From the IMG/VR virus record IMGVR_UViG_3300045988_154892: a stretch of DNA of 64,000 nucleotides. The stretch is one strand, 5' to 3'. The notes beneath the pieces are model-generated. The model ran no database searches, was not told the DNA's origin, and saw only the letters and a list, made by a program, of their open reading frames with translations. The position numbers and the translations under genes were made by a program. Within the stretch, counting starts at the first letter, position 1; every line of letters starts with the position of its first letter. This DNA comes from a virus. This document shows positions 16,087 through 25,836 of this stretch, piece after piece.

Positions 16087-17280
16087 TTGGCTAAAACTAA
16101 AGAACCAAAAGCACTAAAAAAAGGAAAAGCATCTTTCAATTTAATCGGTAGAGTAAAACGTACCGATAAATCATTCAACCTCAATAATACATATGATTCT
16201 GGTTGGACAGATAACAGCATGTATATCGGCGTTGATTGCGGTAATGGCAATGTAATCTATTCAGAGATGAGAAGCGGATTTTTCCCTGACAATGAATCTA
16301 CCATTAGAGCATACAGCAAAGATGATAAAGATGAAAATGGAAAGAGTAAATCTGTAGAGATTGCATGGGAAGATCGTCTTGATGAATCAATTCTCGATAC
16401 TGTGGCGGACACATCTCTAATTACTGTTGGAGTTGAAAAAGATGTGCATGGTAAAACCGTTTATAAAAAATTTCTACAGGCGTATGACGCGGTAGAATAC
16501 CTCGATGAATATCTAGAAGATAATGTTGTAGTAAATGTAAAAGGGAATATTGGATACAGCGAATATGATGGAAATGTTTCTGTAAAAAAAGATATCACTT
16601 CTATCGTTCTTTCTAAAGTAGAAGATGAAAACGATTTTAAAGCAACGTTTTCTCAGACAATTCTTATTGAGCCAAAATGTATTGGTAAAACACTGGAAGA
16701 AAAAGGAACAATTGAGCTAGATGCTTATGTTGTTGACTATGTTGGAAAACCAAAAGTTGACGGCAAAAAAGTGGAAGTTAAAAAGAATGTTGTATTTCCA
16801 AAAACATTCGAAATTGAAGTCAATGAAAATCCGGAAATCACTGCAAAAATGATTAAAAGATTTTTTGATCCTAAGAAAAAAGGACAAGTTAACGAAATCA
16901 CTGTAGCAGGAAAACTTGTAGAAGGTGGAACTACAGTAACTATTACCAAGGATGATATTCCAGATGATATTAAAGAGTTGATCGAAATGGGTATCTATTC
17001 TGAGGACGAAGCAGTAAAGAAAATTGCCGTTGGTGGTGGTAATCGTGAAAGAAGAATGATTGTCGTTAAACCAGATATTGTTTATGTCGGACAAGATGAT
17101 GATAGAAAGCCATCTGTAGCATTTGAAGAAGGAAAATATGAGGAAGATGATCTTATCTTCTATGAACAAGCACTTTTAGCTGCAGGAGATGGTAGTGAAG
17201 ATACTGACTCTGACGCGGATTCGTCTGAAATGACAGATGAAGACGATGAACTGGTAAAAATGTTAGCAGATATGGCCTAA
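16087..17280 (+). CDS. putative ssDNA-binding protein
   Basis: First gene of the replication block. TTG start after AGGAGG. Strongly acidic C-terminal tail DSDADSSEMTDEDDELVKMLADMA, as in SSBs. No motif-level proof. Confidence 0.4.
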   Translation: MAKTKEPKALKKGKASFNLIGRVKRTDKSFNLNNTYDSGWTDNSMYIGVDCGNGNVIYSEMRSGFFPDNESTIRAYSKDDKDENGKSKSVEIAWEDRLDESILDTVADTSLITVGVEKDVHGKTVYKKFLQAYDAVEYLDEYLEDNVVVNVKGNIGYSEYDGNVSVKKDITSIVLSKVEDENDFKATFSQTILIEPKCIGKTLEEKGTIELDAYVVDYVGKPKVDGKKVEVKKNVVFPKTFEIEVNENPEITAKMIKRFFDPKKKGQVNEITVAGKLVEGGTTVTITKDDIPDDIKELIEMGIYSEDEAVKKIAVGGGNRERRMIVVKPDIVYVGQDDDRKPSVAFEEGKYEEDDLIFYEQALLAAGDGSEDTDSDADSSEMTDEDDELVKMLADMA

Positions 17281-17291
17281 GTAAATAAAAT

Positions 17292-17319
17292 GTCTTGCCA
17301 ACTATAATGCTGGCAAGAC
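17292..17319 (+). terminator. perfect 9-bp hairpin after the SSB-like gene (terminator candidate)
   Basis: GTCTTGCCA (17292-300) pairs with TGGCAAGAC (17311-19). No clear U-tract on the + strand. Confidence 0.35.
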
Positions 17320-17353
17320 ACATAAAAATAAATATATATTTGGAGGATATTGA

Positions 17354-18334
17354 ATGTTTAGAAAAGCAAAAGCAGCAAAAATCGGAGGAAAATTTCTAAG
17401 TTATGGAGAATCTGGATCTGGAAAATCAACATTCCAGCTTACATTCCCAAAAGTAGCATGTATTGATTCAGAGACAGGTATCGCTCATTATGAGGGTAAA
17501 GATATTGAACTGAATAATGGCAAAACATATAATAATCTGGTTATGGTAGATAATACATCAGATCTTGATGAGTTAGAGAGCGATCTTGATGATTTTATCA
17601 ACGGAGAATACGATGGACAGATTGAGACATTATCCATTGACTCCGAAACAAAATTTTATAACACCATGCAGATTGGTGCAACAGAAGTTGAGGAAAGAAG
17701 AGCACGAAAAAAAGGTGGCGATGTTGATGATGCCGGTATCAGTGTAAAACAGTGGGGCCGTATCAAGATTATCAACATGAAGCTACAGCAGGCTAAAATC
17801 GACCTTTCTTCCAAAGGTACTCATGTTGTATCTGTGGCTCAGGAAATTGAACTCAAAGATGATGATGGAAAAAAAGTAATTGGATATAAACCAGATATGC
17901 ATAAATCTGTAAAATTCGATTACGATACAATTCTTAGACATTATACTAAGAAAGAAAAAGATGGCAGCGTGTCATTCTGGGCAGAAGTTATTAAAGACAG
18001 AACTAACGTGACAAAAGTAGGTCAGCAGATCGAAAACCCATGCTTCGATATTTGGAAAGACTATTATGATTCTATGAATGGTCTGGAGACAAATACCACA
18101 TCTTATAAGAATGATCTTAAAACTTCTACAGAATCTATGATTGATCAGGCAGACAAATCTGAAGCTCTCGCAGCGGAATTCAAAGATATTCTCAAAACAT
18201 TCAAAGACAAAGATACACTACTCAAAGTAAATAAGCTCATGAAAGATAAAGGTGTATCTATTAAAGAGCTAGAAATGCAGACTCCTGAAGTACTTACTGA
18301 GCTAATTGACTTTGCAAAACTTCAGTTAGCGTAA
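17354..18334 (+). CDS. AAA/RecA-like ATPase (Sak4-like recombination ATPase candidate)
   Basis: Walker A GESGSGKST near the N-terminus, Walker B-like LSIDSE. Sits in the replication block. Confidence 0.5.
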   Translation: MFRKAKAAKIGGKFLSYGESGSGKSTFQLTFPKVACIDSETGIAHYEGKDIELNNGKTYNNLVMVDNTSDLDELESDLDDFINGEYDGQIETLSIDSETKFYNTMQIGATEVEERRARKKGGDVDDAGISVKQWGRIKIINMKLQQAKIDLSSKGTHVVSVAQEIELKDDDGKKVIGYKPDMHKSVKFDYDTILRHYTKKEKDGSVSFWAEVIKDRTNVTKVGQQIENPCFDIWKDYYDSMNGLETNTTSYKNDLKTSTESMIDQADKSEALAAEFKDILKTFKDKDTLLKVNKLMKDKGVSIKELEMQTPEVLTELIDFAKLQLA

Positions 18335-18341
18335 TACATAA

Positions 18342-18372
18342 TTTCTCCGGTGGATTATCTCTGCCGGAGAAA
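18342..18372 (+). terminator. rho-independent terminator candidate
   Basis: TTTCTCCGG (18342-50) pairs with CCGGAGAAA (18364-72), followed by ATTTAT. Confidence 0.4.
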
Positions 18373-18389
18373 ATTTATAGGAGATCTAT

Positions 18390-18845
18390 ATGGCAAAGAA
18401 AAAAGAAGAAAAAAGTTCCTGGAACGAGTTATGCGATTATGTAAAAAGAGAAATCTTAGAGTATGACGAAAATATGAAATTTCCAAAATATCTTGCACTT
18501 AAATTGCAAGGCCTTAAAAAAGGTGAACATATTGCAAATAAAAACATTAGGGCATCTGCATCATATGATGATTTTACAATTTTGTGTGCGTTTAAATTAA
18601 ACAAGAATAAGATTGTAAAATATTTACATGATAACGAAACAAAAATCAATGGGGAAGATCATAGGATTAATCTTATTATAAAAATGATCGAACCGGAAAT
18701 TAACGATGTTTATCTGAGACTTCAAAATACTAAAAAAGTACAAGAGCGTGTAGCGGATAAGGACTTTGAAAATCAAGTATATGAAGGTGCAATGTATACG
18801 CCCAAAACAACAGAAGTATCAGAAAAGATGAAGAGTTTGTTTTAG
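18390..18845 (+). CDS. hypothetical protein (helicase-loader position)
   Basis: ORF track. TAGGAGA SD upstream. Immediately upstream of the DnaB-like helicase. Confidence 0.55.
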   Translation: MAKKKEEKSSWNELCDYVKREILEYDENMKFPKYLALKLQGLKKGEHIANKNIRASASYDDFTILCAFKLNKNKIVKYLHDNETKINGEDHRINLIIKMIEPEINDVYLRLQNTKKVQERVADKDFENQVYEGAMYTPKTTEVSEKMKSLF

Positions 18846-18857
18846 GAGAATTAAATA

Positions 18858-20351
18858 TTGGCAGAAAAGAAAAAACTAACTCCATACCAAGAAGAAAAAC
18901 TAAAATGCGCCAAACAGGTTAAAGAATATAAAGTTGCTTGTGAAGCAAATATCGTTAGCATTTTTTATAAGAAACCTGAGTTAATGTATGATTACCAACT
19001 AAAATTGGAAGATTTTTCTGAAAATACTTGGAGAGTATATTGGCAAATCGCATACGATATCATTGTTAAAGAAAAGAAATCGGTTCTAGATGATATTACA
19101 GTTGGGTTATATCTAGAAAAGCATTCAAAATTAAAGCAAAAATATGATGAATATGGTGGATATGACACGATTGACAAAGCAACTGAGTATATCAAGACAA
19201 GCAATATTTCAGGATATGTAAATGAACTAAAAAAATGGGAAACTGTCATCAGAATGATTGCATCAGGGTTTCCTGTAACTGATCGTATCAAAGAATTTGT
19301 TGATATGTCATTGGATGAAATATATAAAGAATACGATGCACTTCTCAATCATATCTTTATTAACGCTGAAGAAGATGTTATGTCTTATTCTTTATCAGAT
19401 GGTATTTATGATCTCATTGAACAATTGAATGAAGGTATTGCAGTAGGATTACCATACGATAACATGCCAACACTAACAAAAGAGACGGGTGGACAGCTTC
19501 CAGGCAATATCACTTTAGTTGGTGGATTATCCAATATGGGTAAAACCACATTGACAAGAACAATGCTAATTCCAAGTGCTGTTAAATACGGTGAACGACT
19601 TGTTATTTTAGTTAACGAGGAAGGAAAAGCTAAGTGGCAGCGAGAACTTATTGTTTGGGTTGCAAATAATATTTACAAGACAGATCTGCAAAAATTTGTT
19701 GTTAGGGATGGAAAATTCTCTGACGAAGTTAAAGAACTTTTGTATAAGTGTGCAGATTGGATTGCCGAAAAATCAGAGAATAATATGTTAACTATTATTC
19801 CATTCTCGAGATATGAAACACAGAAAGCGATTAGAGTAATAAAAAAATATGCTAGTCTTGGTGTAAAGTATTTTATTCTTGATACATATAAAGCTGATGC
19901 CGGTAGTCGGTCTGATCGTATGTGGTTAGATATGCAACAGAACATGGTTGATATCTATGACACTGTAAAAGCAGAAGGTGGTAAAAACGTGCATATTACC
20001 ATCACATTTCAGTTGGCAAAATCATCTGCAAGACAAAGATTTTATAGTCAGGATAACATTGGTATGGCAAAATCAATCATTGATCCAGCAAGTACATGTC
20101 TAATGTTGCGCGATGTGTTTGAGGATGAATATACTGGTGAAAGGAATGAATTAAAAGTGTATAGGCTTGATGGTAAAAATAATAAATCTAAGATTCCAGT
20201 TAAATTGGATCATGATAAACATTATCAACTTATTTTCATTGTAAAAAATAGAGAAGGAGCTGCTAATAACATCCAAATTGTGTGCGAACATGATATGAGC
20301 AGAAATCTATTGAAAGAGGTTGGATTTACATCTGTTCCAGTTGATTTTTAA
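18858..20351 (+). CDS. dnaB: DnaB-like replicative DNA helicase
   Basis: Walker A GGLSNMGKTTL, Walker B-like FILDTYK, RecA-fold C-terminal half. Confidence 0.75.
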   Translation: MAEKKKLTPYQEEKLKCAKQVKEYKVACEANIVSIFYKKPELMYDYQLKLEDFSENTWRVYWQIAYDIIVKEKKSVLDDITVGLYLEKHSKLKQKYDEYGGYDTIDKATEYIKTSNISGYVNELKKWETVIRMIASGFPVTDRIKEFVDMSLDEIYKEYDALLNHIFINAEEDVMSYSLSDGIYDLIEQLNEGIAVGLPYDNMPTLTKETGGQLPGNITLVGGLSNMGKTTLTRTMLIPSAVKYGERLVILVNEEGKAKWQRELIVWVANNIYKTDLQKFVVRDGKFSDEVKELLYKCADWIAEKSENNMLTIIPFSRYETQKAIRVIKKYASLGVKYFILDTYKADAGSRSDRMWLDMQQNMVDIYDTVKAEGGKNVHITITFQLAKSSARQRFYSQDNIGMAKSIIDPASTCLMLRDVFEDEYTGERNELKVYRLDGKNNKSKIPVKLDHDKHYQLIFIVKNREGAANNIQIVCEHDMSRNLLKEVGFTSVPVDF

Positions 20352-20365
20352 TATTAAGTAAGGCG

Positions 20366-21448
20366 GTGAGTACAATTAATGCGGATAAATTAAAAGAATA
20401 CATTATTGAAAATAATTGTGTAGAACAAATTTTAGAATCCTTAGATTGTCATTCAATAAAAGAATATCCAAAAGAATGGCGAGCCGCTTTACCAAATGGA
20501 ACAAACAAAACAGCGGTATCTGTAAAGAAGGATACATTATCTATTGCAATTCGAAGTTCAGATCAAAATGCACATGGAGATATCTTTACGCTTGTTATGA
20601 CGTTAAAAAATATGTCTTTTGGTCAAGCGAATAAATACATACATAGTATTTTAGGGTTAAAGTATTCTTTCAAAAGAAATGAGAAAGAGAATGTTACAAA
20701 AGGCCCATTAGCTATTTTCAAAAAAGTAAAAAGAACAAAAAGAATAATCAATAAAGACGTTCCTCTATATGATGATTCATGTTTAAAAGAATATGTAAAT
20801 TTGCCATATATTGGATGGGTACGAGAAGGTATTATGCCTGATACGTGCAAGCGTTTTAATATAGGTTATTCTTATGATAAACGTAGAATTATTATTCCTT
20901 GGAGAAAATGGGATGGTGATGAAAATGAGTATTTGGGGATTGTTGGAAGAACTACAGTCCCTAAATATGAATTATTGGATATCCCAAAATATTTTGGAAT
21001 CATTCCATTTTCTAAAGGAATTAATATATATGGATTAAATGAAAATTATAAATATATTCAAGAAGCAGGTTATATTGTAGTATTTGAAGCTGAGAAATCA
21101 ACATTGAAAAGAGCGTCAAGACTTGACAATACAGGATCTTCATTAGGGAATTGTGAAATTACAGATGAACAAGTTAGAATTCTAATCAGTCTAGATGTGG
21201 AAATAGTGATTGCTTTAGATGAAGGTATTGATATAAACCATATTCGAAAAGAATGCGAAAAATTTTATCCGATCCGGAAAGTAAGTTATATCTATGATAA
21301 ATGGGATTTAATACCTAAAGGTAGTAAAAATTCGCCAGCAGATATGCCGAATAAAATTTATAATTTTTTATTTAAACACAGAACAGTATATGACGAAAAA
21401 GAAAGGAAATTATATAAAGATTGGCTAGAAAAACAAAGCAAGAATTAA
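20366..21448 (+). CDS. DNA primase (Toprim domain)
   Basis: Toprim glutamate VVFEAEKS and acidic IALDEGID. Follows the helicase. Confidence 0.65.
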   Translation: MSTINADKLKEYIIENNCVEQILESLDCHSIKEYPKEWRAALPNGTNKTAVSVKKDTLSIAIRSSDQNAHGDIFTLVMTLKNMSFGQANKYIHSILGLKYSFKRNEKENVTKGPLAIFKKVKRTKRIINKDVPLYDDSCLKEYVNLPYIGWVREGIMPDTCKRFNIGYSYDKRRIIIPWRKWDGDENEYLGIVGRTTVPKYELLDIPKYFGIIPFSKGINIYGLNENYKYIQEAGYIVVFEAEKSTLKRASRLDNTGSSLGNCEITDEQVRILISLDVEIVIALDEGIDINHIRKECEKFYPIRKVSYIYDKWDLIPKGSKNSPADMPNKIYNFLFKHRTVYDEKERKLYKDWLEKQSKN

Positions 21449-22581
21449 ATGAGTTATGCAAGACGCTCCATGTGGATACATTATGGTCTTGGTCTAGATA
21501 TCATTGCTATAAGCAAGATACATATGAATATTTTCTAAAATATGTACTTCATGAGCCAGAAGATCGTACCAATAGTATTTACTGTGTTTCTGGCGGAAAT
21601 GTACATGAAATTATTGAACAGCTATATACCGATCAGATCAAATATGAAGATATGGCAGAACTATATGAAGATAGTCTATTCACAATGAATTGTGCAGAGT
21701 TAAAGTATAATCGTAGCGATTCTGAGAAGAATGAAGCGATTGCTGATAAATATGAAAATTGTATTCGACATTTCTTTAAACATCATAATATGATCACGTC
21801 TCCTCATTTCGTAGAAAAATTCATTACAATTAAAATTTCTGACGATATTTACATGCAAGGATATATTGATATGCTTGTTGTTGAAAAATATTTTGATGAG
21901 AATAAAAAAGAAAAAGCAAAAGTACGAGTGTTAGATTGGAAAACTTCTACATTATATCGTGGAGAAAAAATCAATAAAGAATGTGGTCAGCTCGTTTTAT
22001 ATGCAGAGGGTATTCGCCAATTACTCAATATTCCACTTGAAAATATTGAGTGTGAATGGAATTTTCTCAAATATGTAACAGTTACAATTGAACAGAAGAA
22101 TGGAAAGAAAAAAGATCGTTACATTGAGAGAAATTCAATTGGAGAAAGTCTGATCAATACCGCAAAGATGTGGTTAAAATATTTTGGTTATGAAGAAAAT
22201 TTGGATGAATATGTTGATAAAATGGTTTTAGATAATGATGTGGAATGTCTGCCAGACGAAGTTAGAGAGAAGATCCAAATTCATGATTGTTATGTGCAGG
22301 TTCCATTGTCAGAAGAAAAGATTACAGATTTAAAAAATGACATCATTTCAACGATTCATGATATCCATAAAAAAGAGGAAGAGTATCGTGACACACATGA
22401 TGAAAAAACTTTTTGGCAGGAGGTAACTGCTGCAGATGAGTTTAGGTTGGCAACTCTTTCAGGATATTCCAGGCAAAAACATAAACCATATGATTCGTAT
22501 TTAAAACAGAAAGAATTGTTTCTAAATAAAGAAAATAATACAGAAGATGATGAACTGATAGATTTCATTAATAGCTTATAA
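21421..22581 (+). CDS. PD-(D/E)xK (RecB/Cas4-like) exonuclease
   Basis: GYIDMLVV ... VLDWKTS ... QLVLYA matches the D...(D/E)xK...QxxxY arrangement. Confidence 0.65.
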   Translation: MARKTKQELNELCKTLHVDTLWSWSRYHCYKQDTYEYFLKYVLHEPEDRTNSIYCVSGGNVHEIIEQLYTDQIKYEDMAELYEDSLFTMNCAELKYNRSDSEKNEAIADKYENCIRHFFKHHNMITSPHFVEKFITIKISDDIYMQGYIDMLVVEKYFDENKKEKAKVRVLDWKTSTLYRGEKINKECGQLVLYAEGIRQLLNIPLENIECEWNFLKYVTVTIEQKNGKKKDRYIERNSIGESLINTAKMWLKYFGYEENLDEYVDKMVLDNDVECLPDEVREKIQIHDCYVQVPLSEEKITDLKNDIISTIHDIHKKEEEYRDTHDEKTFWQEVTAADEFRLATLSGYSRQKHKPYDSYLKQKELFLNKENNTEDDELIDFINSL

Positions 22582-22592
22582 GAGGTGGCTTA

Positions 22593-25500
22593 GTGGTAGC
22601 ATTTAATCATATACATTTACATAGCATGGATTCTAATCCATATAGCGGATTGGAAGTAGATTCTGTTGTGCCATTTCAAAAATATATTGATCAAGCCGTA
22701 AAAGATGGGATGACTGCAATTGCTTTCACGGAACATGGTGCGGTGTTACACAATATTGCTAAACGTCAAGCTTGTGAAAAGGCTGGAATTAAATACATTA
22801 ATGCAGAGGAGTTCTATGTAACTGAAACAATTGATGAAAATAATTTAGTGAGAGACAATTATCATTGTTGTTTATTTGCTAAAAATTATCAAGGTGTGCT
22901 AGAGTTGAATTATTTGTCTTCAATATCGTTTAATCGTAAAGACGGACATTTCTATTACAATCCACGAATTACATTAGATGAGCTTATTAATACTTCGGAT
23001 AATATTTTAGTTAGCACTGCTTGTGTCGGTGGTATTTTGTGTAAAGGTACAAAAGATGCACAAGAAAAATTTTTAAAGTTTATTATTGAAAATAAACATA
23101 GATGCTGGTTGGAGATCCAGCCACACAATTTTGACTTACAAATTCGATATAACCAATATTTATATAGAATAGCAAATGAATATGGATTGAAACTTATTGC
23201 AACAAATGACGTTCATGCTCTAAATCAAGATTATGCTGATGGTCGTGCAATTATGCAGCAATCTAAAAAAGTTATTTTTCATGATGAGGATCAATGTGAT
23301 CTTAATTGGAAAAATGGAGATGAAATGGTAGAAGCATTCAAAAAACAATGCTCATTACCAGATTTTGTATATATGGCTGCGATCCAAGAGACAGTGGATT
23401 TTGTCGATCAGATAGAATCATATGAACTTGATTATAGTAATAAATATCCACGATTATATAAAGACGCGAAAGGCGAATTTGTAAAACGTATTGTAGAAGG
23501 TGTAGAAAAAAGAGGCATAAACAAGCTTCCTAATTATAAGACGGAATACATTCCAAGAATTCAAGAGGAACTAAAAACATATGAACATAACGATGCAATT
23601 GATTTTATGTTGTTAGATTCTGATTATAAAAATTGGCTTTTAAAAAATAATATGCATTATGGCCCATCTCGTGGATCTGTTTCAGGTAGTGAAATAGCAT
23701 ATCTAATTAATTGTACAGATGTAGATTCTGTAAAGTACAATCTTAATTTTTCTCGATTTATGAATCCAGAGAGAATGTCACTTGCTGATGTTGATACAGA
23801 TATTTATGCAGAGGACAGATATCGAGTAAGAGAATATCTTTTTAACCGCGAAGGATTATATTGTTGCAATATTCTTACATTCAATACGATTCAGTTAAAA
23901 GGGGCTATTAAGGATGTAGGTCGTGCGCTAGGTATGACACCAGAAGAAACTCAAACATTATCTGATTTGACACAAGTTGATGAAAAAGGGCATGATTTTA
24001 TGCCAAAGGATATTAGAGAAAAATATCCGGAACTTTTCAAATATGTAGATATTGTTATCGGCACAACGACATCTTTGGGAAGACATGCTGCAGGTATTGT
24101 TTGTAGTCCAACAGATATTCGTTATGATTTTGGAACCTTATCAATTACTTCTGATCCGCGTCCCGTAAGTCAAATTGACATGCACGAAATAGACTCACTA
24201 AATTTTGTCAAGCTAGATTTGTTAGGGCTAAATGCTATTGGCTTAATTGATGGTGCTTGTAAGCTTGCAGGAATTGATTTTTTGACACCGGATAAGATTA
24301 ATTTCTCAGATGAGAATGTTATTAGTTCAATCGCTCAAGATACAACGTTAATTTTTCAGTTTGAAAGTGGGTTTGCAAGCGATTCGTTAAAAAGAACACT
24401 TAGTAAAGAAACGTTGGCGAATATTAAAGCACAGAATGATAATATTTCATATCTTGACATTATGGCTATGGTTAGTGGAGCAATTAGACCTGCCGGTGAA
24501 TCTTATAGGGAACAGTTATTTGCTGGTGTTTACAACGATAACGGAAATGCTGCGTTGAATGAATTCTTAAAACCTACATTGGGATATTTAGTATATCAGG
24601 AACAAATCATTGATTTCTTACATGAATTCTGTGGATTTACGATGGGACAAGCAGATATTGTTCGAAGACACTTCGCAAAGAAGACTGGTACAGAAGCAGA
24701 CATCCCTATTATCGAAAATGGCGGTTATATGCTTGATATTCATGGAGATAAAGATTCACGATATATAAAAGGTTTCATCGCTGTAGCACAAGAAAAATAT
24801 GGGATGACAGAAGAAGAAGCAAGAAGCGCTATTAAATCATTCCTTGTTGTTATTGCTGATGCATCGAACTATCTCTTCTCTCGAAATCACTCGATTCCAT
24901 ACAGTATGATTGGTTTATTTATTGGTTGGTTGCGTTATTATCATAAAATTGAATTATTGACAGCAGCTCTAAATGTATATGTTGACAATAATGAAAAAAT
25001 GTCAAACATCAAGGAGTATATTAAGTCACAAGGGATTAATATTGCTGGTATTAAATTTGGAAAATCAAAAGCACAATATTTTATGGATAAAAATGAGAAT
25101 ACGATTTATCAAGGAATTGGTTCAATTAAATATTGCAATAATCAAATTGCTGATGAACTTTATGAATTATCCAAAAATCAATACGATAGTTTTATCGACT
25201 TGCTTATAGATATTATTAACAAAACTTCCGTGGATGATCGACAGTTACATATTCTTACCACTCTTAATTTCTTTTCTGAATTTGGTAAAAATAAATATTT
25301 GCTTGAAATTATTGATCTGTATAATTCACTAGGTACTTGTAAAACATTTAAAAAAGATAAAATTGCAGCAATGGGAATTGATGAAAATATTGTACGAGAA
25401 TGTGCAGAGAAGGAAACACCAAAACAATATAGTACGGTTAACAAAAGAAAACTTGTTAAAATGCTTATTGGAATGTTTGAAAACAAATCTTTGTCAGTTA

Positions 25501-25826
25501 AAGAGCAAATATTAAAAGAACAAGAATATCTCGGGAATATCACATACAAAAATCCAAGTGCTCCAGAGAATATGTTTTATGTAATAGAGTGTAAGTTCTA
25601 CAAAGATAAAACAAAACCATATCTTCAACTTTATGATCTTAAAAACGGCGAATATTTAAAAACTAAAATCACATCTGGAAAATCTTTTATTGAAAATCCA
25701 TTTGATACAAATAATGTAATTCATGTAAAAGAATTTGGAGAAAAAAATAAAATGAAAAAAATAAATGGATCATGGGTAAAAACGGATGAAACTGAAAAAA
25801 TCGTAAAAAAATGGACGGTTTACTAA
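22593..25826 (+). CDS. dnaE: DNA polymerase III alpha subunit (PHP + polymerase core)
   Basis: PHP motif HLHSMDS. GPSRGSVSGSEIAYLINCTDVDSV and SLADVDTDI are PolIIIalpha catalytic signatures. 1077 aa. Confidence 0.9.
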   Translation: MVAFNHIHLHSMDSNPYSGLEVDSVVPFQKYIDQAVKDGMTAIAFTEHGAVLHNIAKRQACEKAGIKYINAEEFYVTETIDENNLVRDNYHCCLFAKNYQGVLELNYLSSISFNRKDGHFYYNPRITLDELINTSDNILVSTACVGGILCKGTKDAQEKFLKFIIENKHRCWLEIQPHNFDLQIRYNQYLYRIANEYGLKLIATNDVHALNQDYADGRAIMQQSKKVIFHDEDQCDLNWKNGDEMVEAFKKQCSLPDFVYMAAIQETVDFVDQIESYELDYSNKYPRLYKDAKGEFVKRIVEGVEKRGINKLPNYKTEYIPRIQEELKTYEHNDAIDFMLLDSDYKNWLLKNNMHYGPSRGSVSGSEIAYLINCTDVDSVKYNLNFSRFMNPERMSLADVDTDIYAEDRYRVREYLFNREGLYCCNILTFNTIQLKGAIKDVGRALGMTPEETQTLSDLTQVDEKGHDFMPKDIREKYPELFKYVDIVIGTTTSLGRHAAGIVCSPTDIRYDFGTLSITSDPRPVSQIDMHEIDSLNFVKLDLLGLNAIGLIDGACKLAGIDFLTPDKINFSDENVISSIAQDTTLIFQFESGFASDSLKRTLSKETLANIKAQNDNISYLDIMAMVSGAIRPAGESYREQLFAGVYNDNGNAALNEFLKPTLGYLVYQEQIIDFLHEFCGFTMGQADIVRRHFAKKTGTEADIPIIENGGYMLDIHGDKDSRYIKGFIAVAQEKYGMTEEEARSAIKSFLVVIADASNYLFSRNHSIPYSMIGLFIGWLRYYHKIELLTAALNVYVDNNEKMSNIKEYIKSQGINIAGIKFGKSKAQYFMDKNENTIYQGIGSIKYCNNQIADELYELSKNQYDSFIDLLIDIINKTSVDDRQLHILTTLNFFSEFGKNKYLLEIIDLYNSLGTCKTFKKDKIAAMGIDENIVRECAEKETPKQYSTVNKRKLVKMLIGMFENKSLSVKEQILKEQEYLGNITYKNPSAPENMFYVIECKFYKDKTKPYLQLYDLKNGEYLKTKITSGKSFIENPFDTNNVIHVKEFGEKNKMKKINGSWVKTDETEKIVKKWTVY

Positions 25827-25836
25827 GGAGGATAAT

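Noticed and set aside
16717-17169. Antisense ORFs 16717..17169 and 16737..16949 in the SSB-like gene. Similar antisense or off-frame ORFs occur in other long genes (18992..19348, 19673..19945, 25178..25549, 42865..43290, 45806..46126, 57345..57650, 63193..63381 and others).
   Set aside because: They are nested in longer ORFs with recognisable motifs, and no SD or promoter was seen.
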